Source: a virus
Length of the DNA stretch: 64,000 bases
Direction: 5' to 3' (one strand)
IMG/VR virus record: IMGVR_UViG_3300025168_014097
Coordinates: 1 to 64,000 of that record
In this document: one piece after another, positions 18,852-28,182 of the stretch
Layout: every line of letters begins with the position of its first letter
How positions within the stretch are numbered: the stretch's first letter is position 1
Position numbers and translations under genes: made by a program
Notes under the pieces: model-generated
What the model was told of the DNA's origin: nothing
Seen by the model: the letters and a program-made list of their open reading frames with translations, nothing else
The model's database searches: none

Positions 18852-19756
18852 GCAACTACCTCTTCTGATACATTCTCCAGATACCACTCAATGGTTTTAC
18901 GGACACCTTCTTCAAAACTAGTTTGTGGTGTGAATCCATATTTTTTTGCTCGACTTGTATCTAATACTCTTCTCATATCACCTTCTGGTTTTTCTGGCGA
19001 ATATTCAATAGTTCTATCAAAATAATTAGCTACTATTTCAGCCACAGCTTTGATTGATATACCATGTCCGCTAGCTAAGTTTACTGGTTCAGTAACTTTA
19101 TTTTCTACCATATGAATCATTCCCTGAGCTACATCTTCTGAATAGATTAAATCTCTAACGGGTGCGCCAGTTCCCCAAACGTTTAGTATTTCATTCAAAT
19201 GTCCTTTCTTAATTAAAGATGGAACAACCATTGAATGCTCACCAAAATTATCATGCGGTCCATATACATTTGCAGGTCTTACTATTGATACTTTATTCCA
19301 ATCGTTTTCAATTGCATATGCTTGTGCTTGCAATTCACCCATTCTCTTTGCCCAAGCTGGGAATGTATCATTTTTTGTAGGAAATGTTTTCCACACATCA
19401 TCTTCGGTTAATACTTCAGCTTGCTCATATACTCCAACAGAACTTGTATACAAATACCATTCTACTCCTGCATCTTTAGCAGCTTCCATCATATTAGTGT
19501 TAAACTGTAACATTGGTACAAAGTATCTTGCTGGTTTTTCTACAGCTGTTTGTGGACTACCTTTGATACCTGCTAGATGCATTACGATATCCATTCCTTT
19601 ACATATTTCTTGACATACACATCTTTCTCTTAGATCTGTTGGTAGGTCTGTTGGATATACACGTGCACCTTTTTCTTGTAACATTTTTACTAATGATTTT
19701 CCAATCATTCCGTTAGCACCCGTTACTAATATTTTTTTATCTTTTAAATTTATCAT
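18848..19756 (-). CDS. NAD-dependent epimerase/reductase (GDP-fucose synthase-like)
   Basis: VTGANGMIG, RPANVYGPHDNF, VWGTG..RD; catalytic YxxxK appears degenerate (PAWAK). Confidence 0.85.
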   Translation of the reverse strand: MINLKDKKILVTGANGMIGKSLVKMLQEKGARVYPTDLPTDLRERCVCQEICKGMDIVMHLAGIKGSPQTAVEKPARYFVPMLQFNTNMMEAAKDAGVEWYLYTSSVGVYEQAEVLTEDDVWKTFPTKNDTFPAWAKRMGELQAQAYAIENDWNKVSIVRPANVYGPHDNFGEHSMVVPSLIKKGHLNEILNVWGTGAPVRDLIYSEDVAQGMIHMVENKVTEPVNLASGHGISIKAVAEIVANYFDRTIEYSPEKPEGDMRRVLDTSRAKKYGFTPQTSFEEGVRKTIEWYLENVSEEVVA

Positions 19757-19760
19757 ATCT

Positions 19761-20543
19761 TTACTCTACTACAAAATAAGAAACTCTTGATGCAAATTTA
19801 TATCGTTTCAATGTTATATTATTCAATCCAAAAACTTCCATTAATGCTAATGTTTCACCTGGTGAATCTGGATCATTTAATTCATCAAAAGCCACTACAC
19901 TACCTTTTGTAAGTCGTGGTCTGATTGCTTCCAAACACTCCTTGGTAGGTTTATATAAATCAAAATCAAAATATGCTAATGATATGATAGTCTCTGTATT
20001 GTCTTCTAGGTATTTATGTATTGTTTTAGTTGCATCACCTTTTACTAATTCAAATTTCTTAATATGTGATAAAGGATTATCATCCTCAATATTCTGGACT
20101 ACTTTGGATAAGTATTTATCATAGTCATCTGTAAGTGCTAATCCTCCTTCAACCATCAGAGATGATTCGCCATCTTCTGGTGTAATTTCTGGAAACCCTT
20201 CGAAGGTGTCAAATGCTACTATCTTTTTATGTCTATTGAAAGGTTCGTATATACCACGGAGGGCTGCAAATAATGCTGCATTGTGTCCCCATCTAGTCCC
20301 AAGATCCATCACAATACCATGTACATCAATTTGTTTTTGATATATGTGATTCATAAATAAAATCCTAGATAGATTTTTTGAATTTAAAAATAATCCTAGA
20401 TTTGGTAGTACTTGTTCTTTCGGTATCGGACATTCTCTCAATAATTCGTATAATTCGAGTCGTTTCTTTGTTTCTAATTTATTCTCATACTCACCATAAA
20501 AAGGGTCTTGGCCGTTTGCATGCTTTGTGTTGTTGTCAGTCAT
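19761..20543 (-). CDS. TylF/MycF/NovP-like sugar O-methyltransferase
   Basis: DLGTRWG, FDTFEGFP, DFDLY, FDE, PGE. Confidence 0.78.
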   Translation of the reverse strand: MTDNNTKHANGQDPFYGEYENKLETKKRLELYELLRECPIPKEQVLPNLGLFLNSKNLSRILFMNHIYQKQIDVHGIVMDLGTRWGHNAALFAALRGIYEPFNRHKKIVAFDTFEGFPEITPEDGESSLMVEGGLALTDDYDKYLSKVVQNIEDDNPLSHIKKFELVKGDATKTIHKYLEDNTETIISLAYFDFDLYKPTKECLEAIRPRLTKGSVVAFDELNDPDSPGETLALMEVFGLNNITLKRYKFASRVSYFVVE

Positions 20544-20562
20544 TTTTATTCTCCTTTATTGT

Positions 20563-21666
20563 TTATTTTTCCCAAACTAGTGCTGGGATTTCTTTGTTCC
20601 ATCCAAAAGCTATTACCCAAGCCCAAAATCTTAACCTACCTTCGATCAAATCAAATTGAGTATCGTTTACACGCTTGAGCCTGATAGGCTTTAGGAATAT
20701 TCCTTGTTCTATTTCTTCTGATAATTCTATTGGGGATGGCGTCATTCCCATTGCATTTTCTTTTGCTTCTTCTATTGTTTGATATACTTTACGATTGTAG
20801 TCATTAGAAACTCTAATCTGCTTTGTATCTATATTTCTTGTCGGTGTTACCAACTGTACTGACATTGATTCATAATCATGGTCTGTTAATTCTATATCAG
20901 CTGATTTTGCATTTTCCAATGCACGTGATGGTTTTGACGTATTTGGGATTACTATTACGTTTGGATCTTGTATCAACCACCTTAAAACTATTTGTCCTGG
21001 AGTACATTTATATTTCTCTGAAAGAGCATTTAGATATTCTGATTGGTATGATCCATTTGCCAACTTTCCTTGTGCTAATGGACTATATGCGATGAGCTTG
21101 ATATCATTATTTTCACAGAAGGGTAATATGTCCTTCTCTACTGACCGTTCAAAAAAATTATATTCTGCTTGTATGCAAGCTAAGTGATGACCTTCAGAAG
21201 TTAATGCAGTAACCGCATCTTGTGCTTCTGATAGTAGAAAATTACTGACACCTACATGTCTAACCTTCCCTTCCTTTACTAAAGTATTCATTGCTCTCAT
21301 CGTTTCACTAATTGGGAAATTTGGATTTGGCCAATGTACTTGGAATAGATCGATTCGGTCTGTTTGCAATCTTATAAGACTATCTTCAGCTGATTTTATA
21401 ACACCTTCGTATGTAGTATCGTTTGGAGATACTTTACTTGCTAAAAATACTTTTTCTCTACCTATTTTTTTCAATGCAGATCCCAATAAAGTTTCAGATA
21501 ATCCATCTCCATATACTGGTGCAGTATCTATAAAATTTACACCATTATCTACAAAGCATGATAGTGTTAGGTCTAGATTCTTTCCATCTTCCTTATCTGG
21601 TAGGTGGAATCCAGTACCAAAACCTATTGCAGAGACGCTATCCGATCCTAAGTTACGATAAATCAT
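20563..21666 (-). CDS. Aldo/keto reductase with C-terminal ParB/Srx-like extension
   Basis: IDTAPVYG, SK, DLFQVHWP, GVSNF, AYSPL; extra C-terminal PIRL...LIEGRLRFWA. Confidence 0.85.
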   Translation of the reverse strand: MIYRNLGSDSVSAIGFGTGFHLPDKEDGKNLDLTLSCFVDNGVNFIDTAPVYGDGLSETLLGSALKKIGREKVFLASKVSPNDTTYEGVIKSAEDSLIRLQTDRIDLFQVHWPNPNFPISETMRAMNTLVKEGKVRHVGVSNFLLSEAQDAVTALTSEGHHLACIQAEYNFFERSVEKDILPFCENNDIKLIAYSPLAQGKLANGSYQSEYLNALSEKYKCTPGQIVLRWLIQDPNVIVIPNTSKPSRALENAKSADIELTDHDYESMSVQLVTPTRNIDTKQIRVSNDYNRKVYQTIEEAKENAMGMTPSPIELSEEIEQGIFLKPIRLKRVNDTQFDLIEGRLRFWAWVIAFGWNKEIPALVWEK

Positions 21667-22559
21667 TATATATCTCTAATCTTAGTAATTATTGAATCAA
21701 CATCTATTCCATATTTTTGATGTAGCCATTTTCTATCTCCATACTCAAAATATTGTTTATCTTCCAATGCTATCCTTTTCAGTTTAATAGAGAGGTTATT
21801 GTCTGTGATGAACTCGCTGATTGCACTACCAATTCCACCAGTTATTGAATTTTCTTCAATGGTGATAATTTGTCGAGCGTGATATATTAATTGTTCTAAA
21901 TTATTTGGTAATGGACTTATTCTAATTAAATCTATCAATCCATACTTTAATTCCTTTGCAACTTCTAATGCTACATGAGTCATGTATCCAGTACTTATAA
22001 TAACTGTATCATCAAATTCGCGTATTTCATTTGCAGCTTCACATCCATCCGTATACAATTCTGGGAATGTTCCTTTATCAATTCTTACATAAGCTGGTGA
22101 TGAATTGTTATAAACTTTTTGTGCACAATCTTTAGCTGACTCAGCATCGGATGGGTTAAAAATTTTCATCTCAGGCATTACTCTCATAACACCTATATCA
22201 TGTATTGCATGATGAGTTGGTCCATCTTTGGAAAATGACAATCCTGCTCCACATCCTATTATAGTAACATCTAAATTCATACTACATATATTTGCTTTTA
22301 TATGCTCATAACACCTCATTGTAATGAACGGAATTATAGAATACACGAATACTTTTTTTCCAGCTAACGCTAACCCAGTTGCTATTAATACCATGTTTTG
22401 TTCTTGTACACCCACATTTATGAATTGGTCTGGAAAATCTTTTTTATATTTTCTAATACTGAACGCATCTGCATCCGCCGTTATGAATACTACGTTTTTA
22501 TCTTTTGCTGCAATATCATATATTTCGTCGAAGAAAGCATCTCTAATATCTATACCCAT
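21666..22559 (-). CDS. Transketolase C-terminal subunit (split transketolase)
   Basis: NVGVQEQNM, DGPTHHA, PAYVR, IEENSITGGIGS. Confidence 0.9.
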   Translation of the reverse strand: MGIDIRDAFFDEIYDIAAKDKNVVFITADADAFSIRKYKKDFPDQFINVGVQEQNMVLIATGLALAGKKVFVYSIIPFITMRCYEHIKANICSMNLDVTIIGCGAGLSFSKDGPTHHAIHDIGVMRVMPEMKIFNPSDAESAKDCAQKVYNNSSPAYVRIDKGTFPELYTDGCEAANEIREFDDTVIISTGYMTHVALEVAKELKYGLIDLIRISPLPNNLEQLIYHARQIITIEENSITGGIGSAISEFITDNNLSIKLKRIALEDKQYFEYGDRKWLHQKYGIDVDSIITKIRDI

Positions 22560-23371
22560 TTTAGAATCTCCTCTTTTAATTCTACTTCAGCTAAATCAAA
22601 TTCTTCATCTGTTGGAACAGAGTGGTGCCATTTTATTCCAGATTCCATAAATGAAACTCCTTTTCCTTTTACGGTGTCTGCTATAATAACTGTTGGTTTA
22701 TTTATTTTTAGATATCGGTGTTCTAAGCCATGACATATTGAATCGTGATTATGGCCGTCTATTGTTTCAACATTCCAACCACAAGCTGTAAATTTTTCTT
22801 CAAGATTATCATTTTCGATAAAATCTGTAACGGATAGTCTATTTCTATCAACAATCACAGTCAAGTTAGTTACATTTTTCTGAGCTGCAAACATGACGGA
22901 CTCCCAAATGGATCCTTCTTCACATTCTCCATCTCCCACTAAAGAATACATGTGTTGATCTGGTTTTGCCATAGCTAATCCAGTTGCAATTCCAATCGCA
23001 TGTCCGAGTGATCCAGTGTTTGTTTCTACTCCTGGTATATTAAAGTCTAATTGTCCACCATAAATACTACCATCAATTCCATACATTGCTATTTCAGATT
23101 TAGATATGATTCCAAGATCAGCTAAGATTGCATATATTCCCAAACACGCGTGTCCTTTACCTACTATTAATCTATCCCTATCTTCCCAATCTGGATCGTT
23201 AACTCTGTAGCAAAATGCACTTGGTCCGTAGTACAAAGCTACTAATATATCCATACAAGAATATATTCCTCCAAAATGTCCGAGTCGAGCTTGTTTTATC
23301 ATTTCCAAAACTTTTAATCTCATCTCAGCTGATTTTTTCTGCAAACTTCCTGTTGGATATAAATTATCCAT
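22550..23371 (-). CDS. Transketolase N-terminal (ThDP-binding) subunit
   Basis: GHFGG, DRDR..KGHA, TGSLGH, GDGECEEGSIWE..N, TVKGKG, WHH. Confidence 0.9.
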   Translation of the reverse strand: MDNLYPTGSLQKKSAEMRLKVLEMIKQARLGHFGGIYSCMDILVALYYGPSAFCYRVNDPDWEDRDRLIVGKGHACLGIYAILADLGIISKSEIAMYGIDGSIYGGQLDFNIPGVETNTGSLGHAIGIATGLAMAKPDQHMYSLVGDGECEEGSIWESVMFAAQKNVTNLTVIVDRNRLSVTDFIENDNLEEKFTACGWNVETIDGHNHDSICHGLEHRYLKINKPTVIIADTVKGKGVSFMESGIKWHHSVPTDEEFDLAEVELKEEILKWV

Positions 23372-25026
23372 TATACATTTCCTCCAAAAGGTTCTATAAT
23401 TTTTTGATTACAGTCACAAACAACTTCTACCAACATAGGTGTATTAGTTGAAAATATTTTTTTAAGATCCGATTCAATATTATTATAATCTTCAATAATA
23501 TAAAATGGCAACTCAAACGCTGCAGCTACTTTTTTAAAATTCAATACCGTATCATCATCTGTATATCTAGCACCAGTCATATCATCTTGCGATTTTCGGA
23601 TAGATGCGTATCCACCGTTATTTATTACAAATGTTTTTATGTTTAGATTGTTATACGATATAGTTCGCAACTCTTGTATATTCAATTCAATTGAACCATC
23701 TCCTACAATAGTAATTACCTGAGAGTCTGGTTGAGTTGCGCTAGCTCCTATGGATAAAGGTACTGCTAATCCCATACTATAAAAAGCTCCAGAAGTTAAA
23801 TCTCGCTGTCCTTGTTTTAGTTTAAGTGTTTGAGATACTGCATAATTAGAACTTCCCGCATCACTAACAAATACTGCATTTTCAGCTGCATACTTACTTA
23901 CAGTTTGTAAAAAACGGTATGAGTTTATTGGATTTCCTATCTGCTCTGTAGTTACAATTGGATTGGATGTTTGATATTCTTTACATGTATCTAACCATCC
24001 ACTATATCGATTCCACTCAGTGGTTTTTTCAATCTCTGAATTCAGCTCAGTCATAAATAATTTCAAATCAACTTGTAATGGAATATCAACTTTAAGACCT
24101 GGTTTTTTCATTTCAGTTTTATCAATATTTACCATTATTAGTTTTTTCACAGATTCAAAATAATTATACTCCGGACCTGCCTGTGCATGGGTTAGACTAG
24201 TTCCTAGAGCTAATACTAAATCACATTCCTTCATAATTTTAGATGATGATAAATTTCCTCTTATACCACCCATTCCAAAATAACACTCATCTTCATCTGT
24301 TAGAATATCATTAGCTAATCTTGCAGATATTGCTGGAATTCTCAATTCGTTCAGTAAGAATCTTAACTCGTCAATACTATCAGATGTTCTGACTCCTTGT
24401 CCAAATACAACCAAAGGTTTTTTACACTTACGCAGTTCAGTCAATACTTTTCCTATATTAATTTTTTTGCTTTTATGTTGATGTGGTTTAAATCCTTTTA
24501 AATTAGAGATATTGATTTCTTGTGATTGTACATCGAATGGAATATCTAACCAAACTGGTCCTGGTCTTCCTGTCGTTGCTTCGTGAATAGCTTTTTCTAA
24601 ATGAAATCGAATATCATTTGGATCATCAACACGAACTGCATATTTTGTTATATTTTTTACATTGTCAATAATATTGAATCCTTGAATACCAAATGTTCTA
24701 GCTTTATCTGATAACTGTTTAGTTCCTACTTGTCCTGATATTACGAGTACTGGTGCTGAGTCCACCCACGCTTCCGCTACACCACTAATTGCATTCGTTC
24801 CACCAGGTCCGGTTGTTGCTATAACAACTCCTACATCATTCAAAAGTTTAGAATATGCAGAAGCCATTCCAACAGCTGCAGCTTCGTGTCTTGCACAAAT
24901 ATATCTCATACCTTTTTGATGAGCAAATGCATCATCTAAGTATATAGAACCAGTACCCGAAAGCATGAATACATTCTTTACTCCATGATTATTTAAGAAT
25001 TCAGCTATAAATTCTGATGCATTCAC
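23371..25026 (-). CDS. Acetolactate-synthase-family ThDP enzyme (YerE-like carboligase candidate)
   Basis: RHE, TTGPGGTN, GRPGPVWLDIPFDVQ, GDGS...NN; GTG start. Confidence 0.88.
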   Translation of the reverse strand: MNASEFIAEFLNNHGVKNVFMLSGTGSIYLDDAFAHQKGMRYICARHEAAAVGMASAYSKLLNDVGVVIATTGPGGTNAISGVAEAWVDSAPVLVISGQVGTKQLSDKARTFGIQGFNIIDNVKNITKYAVRVDDPNDIRFHLEKAIHEATTGRPGPVWLDIPFDVQSQEINISNLKGFKPHQHKSKKINIGKVLTELRKCKKPLVVFGQGVRTSDSIDELRFLLNELRIPAISARLANDILTDEDECYFGMGGIRGNLSSSKIMKECDLVLALGTSLTHAQAGPEYNYFESVKKLIMVNIDKTEMKKPGLKVDIPLQVDLKLFMTELNSEIEKTTEWNRYSGWLDTCKEYQTSNPIVTTEQIGNPINSYRFLQTVSKYAAENAVFVSDAGSSNYAVSQTLKLKQGQRDLTSGAFYSMGLAVPLSIGASATQPDSQVITIVGDGSIELNIQELRTISYNNLNIKTFVINNGGYASIRKSQDDMTGARYTDDDTVLNFKKVAAAFELPFYIIEDYNNIESDLKKIFSTNTPMLVEVVCDCNQKIIEPFGGNV

Positions 25027-25955
25027 TATTGGTCTCCTTTTGAAGTTCTTGGCGTCACACTATGTTTTGGCTCTGCTTTATTTTCTACTCTATCAGCTTC
25101 ATATTTCCACTTCGAATCACCTAATAACTTTTCTAATTCATCTTCCTTGATTTCATAGAAATTTTCTGATGCTGGGAAAACTCCACCTCTTACCTCATCT
25201 CTATATTGTTCTAACGATGATTTAATTAACTGTCCTGCTTCACAATATCTCTTTACAAATTTAGATTTAAAGTCCCAGAATAATCCTATTAAGTCATGCA
25301 TGATTACCAATTGACCATCTACTTCATCACCTGCTCCAATACCGTAAACTGGTATATCCAATTCTTTAGCTATCATTGCAGCTGGTTCTTTTGGCATTGC
25401 TTCTAACAATAATGCTGAGCATCCTGCTTCTTGTAAAGCTATAGCTTGATTAAGTACAAGTTCAGCTTGGTCAGCTGTTTTACCTTGCACTCTATATCCA
25501 CCCATTTTTGCTCTCGTATGAGGAGTCAATCCTAAATGACTCATAACCATAATCCCAGAATCGCATATAGCTTTAATTCTTTCTACCATTGCTCCTTCCA
25601 CTTTAACCATATCCATTCCCGCTTTTATAAATCTACCAGCGTTTTCTACTGCGCTTTCATTTGATATTTGATATGACATGTAAGGCATATCACCTATTAA
25701 AAATGCATCACTAGCACCTCTTGATACAGACTCTGCTGCTGATATCATTTGATCCATAGTTACTGGGATTGTTGTTTTATGACCTAATGTAGTCATCCCC
25801 AACGAATCACCAACTAGAATTACATCTACTCCTGCTCCATCTGCAATATATGCTTGTGGATAATCGTAAGCTGTTACAGCTACAGTTTTAATTCCTTCTC
25901 TTTTGTGCTTTCTCAACTTAATAATAGTTGTTTTTGTTTTGCTATCTGCTGCCAT
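25026..25955 (-). CDS. panB: Ketopantoate hydroxymethyltransferase family protein
   Basis: TAYD, LVGDSLGM, DMPYMSY, VKVEG, HLGLTP, GIGAG..DGQLVIMHD. Confidence 0.9.
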   Translation of the reverse strand: MAADSKTKTTIIKLRKHKREGIKTVAVTAYDYPQAYIADGAGVDVILVGDSLGMTTLGHKTTIPVTMDQMISAAESVSRGASDAFLIGDMPYMSYQISNESAVENAGRFIKAGMDMVKVEGAMVERIKAICDSGIMVMSHLGLTPHTRAKMGGYRVQGKTADQAELVLNQAIALQEAGCSALLLEAMPKEPAAMIAKELDIPVYGIGAGDEVDGQLVIMHDLIGLFWDFKSKFVKRYCEAGQLIKSSLEQYRDEVRGGVFPASENFYEIKEDELEKLLGDSKWKYEADRVENKAEPKHSVTPRTSKGDQ

Positions 25956-25967
25956 GTTATTTCTCCT

Positions 25968-26498
25968 TTATTTATCGTTATAATGATCACCATACTCTAT
26001 TAGTAATGTCGATCCTTTCCTTTCATATGCCTTTTCAAATTCAGACACAATTTCTTTTGGTTCGTTTAATAGTACTATTTTTATTTCACCCAATATAGAT
26101 TGCAATGCTTCTGTATAATCTATAGTGTGTTGGACGCCTCCGTTCAATGGAGTCGTAGACCCAATTGAAGTTCTTATGATTACTTTTGGTTTCCAATTAT
26201 TCTCAGTCATTATTTGAAATTTATCTAAATGATTTACTAATTGATCCATTGCTCTCATTAGGAAATCAAACCGTGGATAGCAACTAATTGGCGTTAAACC
26301 TTCCAATGCCATACCAGTTGCTATACCCATTTGTACTTCTTCAAATACTGGCATTTCCAGTCTTTTATCTTCTGATACTGTACTTAATGTATTAAATATA
26401 GCATTGCCACTATACGATACTGATTGACCTAAAAAAATCGTATCATCTTTTTCAGCTAGCCATTCCATTGCTTTAATTATTTCGTCTTTATATTTCAT
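25968..26498 (-). CDS. Truncated 2-oxoacid dehydrogenase E1-beta-like subunit (pyrimidine-binding domain only)
   Basis: EMPVFEEVQMGIATGMAL, DQLVNH, GVQH; 176 aa from ATG 26498, C-terminal domain absent. Confidence 0.8.
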   Translation of the reverse strand: MKYKDEIIKAMEWLAEKDDTIFLGQSVSYSGNAIFNTLSTVSEDKRLEMPVFEEVQMGIATGMALEGLTPISCYPRFDFLMRAMDQLVNHLDKFQIMTENNWKPKVIIRTSIGSTTPLNGGVQHTIDYTEALQSILGEIKIVLLNEPKEIVSEFEKAYERKGSTLLIEYGDHYNDK

Positions 26499-26508
26499 AA
26501 CATCTCTC

Positions 26509-27132
26509 CTAGAATAAAACCCAATTGCCAGTTCCGTGGTGTGGAAATACTCTATCATATTTATAATAAATTACATCCTCTGGAACATCTCTTTTTACAC
26601 CACCCCAAGTTTCGTCAGTTGGTGTGTTAGTACTCATATTATTATCTTCTACTACAAACTGTAATGGTAAATCAAAATTCTTTGCATATTTATATGCTTC
26701 ATAAAACAATCCACTTTCAAATGTCATATCACCAATGAAACACCAAGTCTTTCTATCACTTCCCATTTCTTTCTGAGCTTTAGCTGTACCTAATGCTATT
26801 GGAATAGTTCCTCCTACAATAGATGAAGTATACAGTTTTGGTTCTTTAGAATAAACACTCATACTTTTTCCACGAACAATTAGGTCCTTCAAGATTTCTT
26901 GATCGACACCGTGTAATAATGCGTGATAATGATTTCTCCAACTAGAGAATACCCAATCATCTGGGTGAACATATTGAAATATATCTATCAGATTATCTTC
27001 ATTCCCTCCTGATAAATGAACAGGGCCTGGTATTTTTCCAGCTTCATATATTAATTTAATATCTTCCTCAAAATCTATGAGATCTTTTGCTGTTAAGTTA
27101 ACATCTTTATGTTTTATCAATCCTGGCTTCAT
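26509..27132 (-). CDS. Short 2-oxoacid dehydrogenase E1-alpha-like subunit
   Basis: GPVHLSGGNE, RNH, IVGG, GDM...EDNN ThDP motif; only 207 aa. Confidence 0.85.
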   Translation of the reverse strand: MKPGLIKHKDVNLTAKDLIDFEEDIKLIYEAGKIPGPVHLSGGNEDNLIDIFQYVHPDDWVFSSWRNHYHALLHGVDQEILKDLIVRGKSMSVYSKEPKLYTSSIVGGTIPIALGTAKAQKEMGSDRKTWCFIGDMTFESGLFYEAYKYAKNFDLPLQFVVEDNNMSTNTPTDETWGGVKRDVPEDVIYYKYDRVFPHHGTGNWVLF

Positions 27133-28127
27133 GTTAAGTATCCCTCTTTATTTTTATTATACCATTCTATAGTTTTTTTGATTCCTTCATCAATATTAAC
27201 TTCAGGCTTCCACCCTAACTCATCAAAAGCTTTTTGTGAATTAAGTGCTAATTTTGTATTAATGCTTGGCTTTGTCAAATCGTGAGTTATCGTCAGATTT
27301 TTTCCTGAGTGTTTTACTATTTTATTTACAATATCTTTTACCGAAATACTTGTACCATTTCCAACGTTATATAACTTGTATATAGATTTTTGCAAATTTA
27401 CAGCCTTATCAATAAAATTTACAACATCTGAAACATATAGTAGGTCTCGCTCAGTTGATCCATCTCCCCAAACTACCATTTCATCTCCTTCAGTTGCTTC
27501 CATTGCTTTTGTAATAGTTGCACCAAACATATGAGATTTTTCTAAATCGTATTTATCGTAAGGGCCGTAAGTGTTTGAATGACGTATGACAGTATGTTTA
27601 GTTCTTCCTAATTTAGAGTAAAATTCACACATTTTTTCTACATAAACTTTTGTCCACCCAACTCCAAAATATGCATCAAATATACCCTCATCTAATGAAA
27701 AATCCATCTCAGTTACTGGCGATCTTTCTGGATTGTACATTACTCCACAACTTAGAAATAAAAAGTGGCCAACATTATAATCATAACATGCTCGTAACAA
27801 TAATGAATTCATTACTGCATTGTCAGTAACATGTAGGTATGGCTTTTCTAATATATCCTTTGCTCCAGATGTATTTGCAGCTGCCATAATTACAACATCG
27901 TATTGTGGTGTACGCTTAAATACATGATCTATTCCTGATTGTGTTGTTATATCACATGAGAGATGTTGTTGACCAGTTACACCTTTATATCTCCACGGTC
28001 TAGTATTACATACAGTCCATACATCATATTGCTCTGGCTTAGATTTATAATAATTGTAGATGTTCATTCCCATGAATCCAGTTGCACCTACTATCAATAC
28101 GCTAGTTTTATCTTGTTTTTTACTCAT
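27129..28127 (-). CDS. NAD-dependent epimerase/reductase (GDP-fucose synthase-like)
   Basis: GATGFMG, SNTYGPYD, SH, VWGDG..RD; catalytic YxxxK appears degenerate (VGWTK). Confidence 0.85.
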   Translation of the reverse strand: MSKKQDKTSVLIVGATGFMGMNIYNYYKSKPEQYDVWTVCNTRPWRYKGVTGQQHLSCDITTQSGIDHVFKRTPQYDVVIMAAANTSGAKDILEKPYLHVTDNAVMNSLLLRACYDYNVGHFLFLSCGVMYNPERSPVTEMDFSLDEGIFDAYFGVGWTKVYVEKMCEFYSKLGRTKHTVIRHSNTYGPYDKYDLEKSHMFGATITKAMEATEGDEMVVWGDGSTERDLLYVSDVVNFIDKAVNLQKSIYKLYNVGNGTSISVKDIVNKIVKHSGKNLTITHDLTKPSINTKLALNSQKAFDELGWKPEVNIDEGIKKTIEWYNKNKEGYLT

Positions 28128-28151
28128 AACCTTTTCTTTTAATATTAATTG

Positions 28152-28182
28152 TAATATACGAAATTTATTTCAATTGTGCAAC
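28152..28182 (-). promoter_or_regulatory. Conserved promoter GTTG-N20-TATATT
   Basis: Minus strand GTTGCACAATTGAAATAAATTTCGTATATTA, upstream of the sugar-synthesis sub-block. Confidence 0.75.

Noticed and set aside
21666-27132. Central-metabolism auxiliary genes (pentose phosphate, branched-chain amino acid, pyruvate dehydrogenase, pantothenate)
   Set aside because: Partner genes (E2/E3, ilvC/ilvH, panC) are absent from the window and the block is embedded among nucleotide-sugar enzymes
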